Shown here: positions 61,940 through 64,000 of the stretch, in pieces | How positions within the stretch are numbered: position 1 is the first letter of the stretch | How the letters are laid out: every line of letters begins with the position of its first letter | Source: the human T2T-CHM13v2.0 reference genome, Homo sapiens | Strand: one strand, 5' to 3' | Assembly: GCF_009914755.1 (NCBI RefSeq) | Contig: NC_060938.1 | Length of the DNA stretch: 64,000 bases | Made by a program: the position numbers and the translations under genes | Notes under the pieces: generated by a model | The model's database searches: none | What the model saw: only the letters and a program-made list of their open reading frames with translations | Told to the model about the DNA's origin: nothing

Positions 61940-63134
61940 CTAGGATTTCCAGAAATGAAGACTTTTTCTGATGGTCCCAAAGGGTGGAACAATTAAAAGA
62001 GAAGACAAGGGGGCATGTGAGTCAGTCAAATCACAGATAACAAGGAATTGCAGTGGAATGGGGGGCAGTGTGTGTGTAAAGTTCATCTTCGGTTTTCAGC
62101 TCTGACATTCTATATAGAACCTCAGAAAGCTGGAGTTCATAGGTCTACGAATCCATTGTGAGGATGATTCTATAAGCAGAGGTAAGGGAATTGGAGTTTT
62201 ACTGGGAATTGGGAGGATGGACACTCAATAGAAAACATCTCTATTACATATTTTCAGTTTTTAAATTTTTATGACTAAAATTCCTGAAATTCACTGGCAT
62301 GGAAATTATTCCAAAATACCCCTGATATCTGATTTCTTCATATATCTTCTCTGAGACCAAAAGGAACAAGAATAAGCAGAAAAGAAAAAAATAGGAAGGA
62401 AATAAGGACCAAAACCAGAAAGAGAATAGAGAGGAGAATATTTAATTTGGCCAGCAGTATGTGGTCTGATCGTAACAGCTGTGTGGGCCTGCAGGGTGTG
62501 TAGGGAAAGGGTTGGACAGAGTGGGAGAGGTAGAAATTAAATCAGGGTGGATATCATACACACATCCTATTTTTCTTTTAACCAAACAAACTCTAGTTGG
62601 AAACATTTTCTATGCAGACAATCTCCTGATTTCAAGAAATTGTATTTATTTCTAAATCCACCATACATGCTACCAGAAAGTTTTCCTTATTAAAATTTTC
62701 ATATAATTGAATTTTGCAATTTTCTGTCCAGCTATGTAATTTGGGCTTCCCATGATTCTTTAAGGCTCTACTTTCCCCAGCTGAGACACGGATTCTTCTC
62801 AGACGTATCATCCTCTTTCTTCACATACTATTCTACAATTTCTCTTATATAAAGTACTTTAAGGAAAAAAAAACCCTGTAACTTCATACACTGGAAATAT
62901 TGACTCTTCCCCCCTTGCACTATTCACACCCAGAGTTTTGGAGAGATTACTGTGCGGTCTCAAAGGCCACTGCTGGTGGAGTTTCCTATTCAGATGAATG
63001 ACAGAGCTCAGGTGTGATTGGTGCTCAGGGAGTCTGGTGCAAACTATTGACTGTAAGAACAAGTTTGTCTGGACCCAAGACTTGACCCCTTCCAGAGCAG
63101 CGGCAAAGGCACCCCAGCAACCAGGCAAGGAGCC

Positions 63135-63643
63135 ATGGAGAGGAGACTGGGAGCTCTCTTGGGGCTTTTGTGGGTCCAGGTTTGCTATGAGTTGGGCCGT
63201 CCTAGATGGGGGCTGACAGGGGAAGGGAGGGAAGGGAGAGCTGACACAAATCTCCTGGACTGTCCTACAGCCTCATAAGTGTTTCTAGGGATATTTTACA
63301 GGCTTGGAAACTGCATCAGTGATTCCTTAGTGACATAATACATATTTGCTTTTCTCTTTCCAAGCAGGGGTGAGACGAGTGAAGGTGGAGCAGAGTCCTT
63401 CAGTTCCGAGTCTCCAGGAGAGAACCAGCTCTACTCTGAGATGCAGTTTTTCTACCTCTGTGAACAACGTGCAGTGGTTCCAACAGAATCCTGGGTTGGC
63501 CTCATCAATCTGTTTTTCATGGCTTCATGGATGAAGCACAGTGGAAAGTTATGGTCAAAAAGAAACTGAGGAGCTCTGTGGTACCCTACACATCACAGCC
63601 GCCCAACTGAAAGACTCAGGCACGTACTTCTGTGCAGTTGAGG
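63135..63643 (+). pseudogene. Degenerate TRAV relic, TRAV22-like (possibly the relic named TRAVB); leader 63135-63186, V exon 63368-63643
   Basis: Leader MERRLGALLGLLWVQVC with donor mutated to ATGAGT. The V frame VEQSP...LRCSFSTSVNNVQWFQQNPG shifts to GLINLFF...GKL and again to TLHITAAQLKDSGTYFCAVE. Residual RSS CACAGTT + 23 nt + ATCCGAACT (63644-63682). Confidence 0.9.
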
Positions 63644-64000
63644 CACAGTTCTCCCAGGAAATCTGCAGCCTGGATCCGAACTGCAGCTGGGCCTGCAGCC
63701 CCAACCCCTTCCGTGAGAGAGGCATGTTGCCCCCACAGTATCACTTGCACAGCTTCGGGTTTTCTGATTGACGTTGCGCTTTTATCTCTGCTAAAATTAG
63801 ACACTTCAGGATTGCCATTTAACTTTTTTATCCTACCCTTTTGCTCTCAGAAATCTCTTTGCAGGAAAAAGCTTTGATATGGAACTACTGGAGCAACTTT
63901 TAAAGATATCAGGACCCAATGTACTGTTAAAACAGATCCTCTAGCAAAGAGCATATAAATTACATATAAATTACTGTGATAAAAAAGATTTGAAAAAATA

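Overview
Primate, almost certainly human, germline T-cell receptor alpha/delta locus (TRA/TRD V cluster; chr14q11.2 in human). On the + strand it carries TRAV9-1, TRAV10, TRAV11 (pseudogene), TRAV12-1, TRAV8-2, TRAV8-3 and a degenerate TRAV22-like relic at ~63.1-63.7 kb. Each has a leader exon, a V exon and a 3' recombination signal (22/23-bp spacer). Five co-oriented CTCF motifs lie upstream of V segments. The rest is mostly Alu, L1, LTR and DNA-transposon sequence, plus a probable minus-strand retrocopy at ~5-10 kb whose parent gene I could not identify. The most notable observation is a hidden splice architecture: a GT donor inside the TRAV8-3 V exon joins in frame to two downstream cryptic exons, or to the TRAV relic. 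This predicts signal-peptide-bearing, recombination-independent proteins from an unrearranged V gene. All calls were made by eye; repeat subfamilies and boundaries are approximate.
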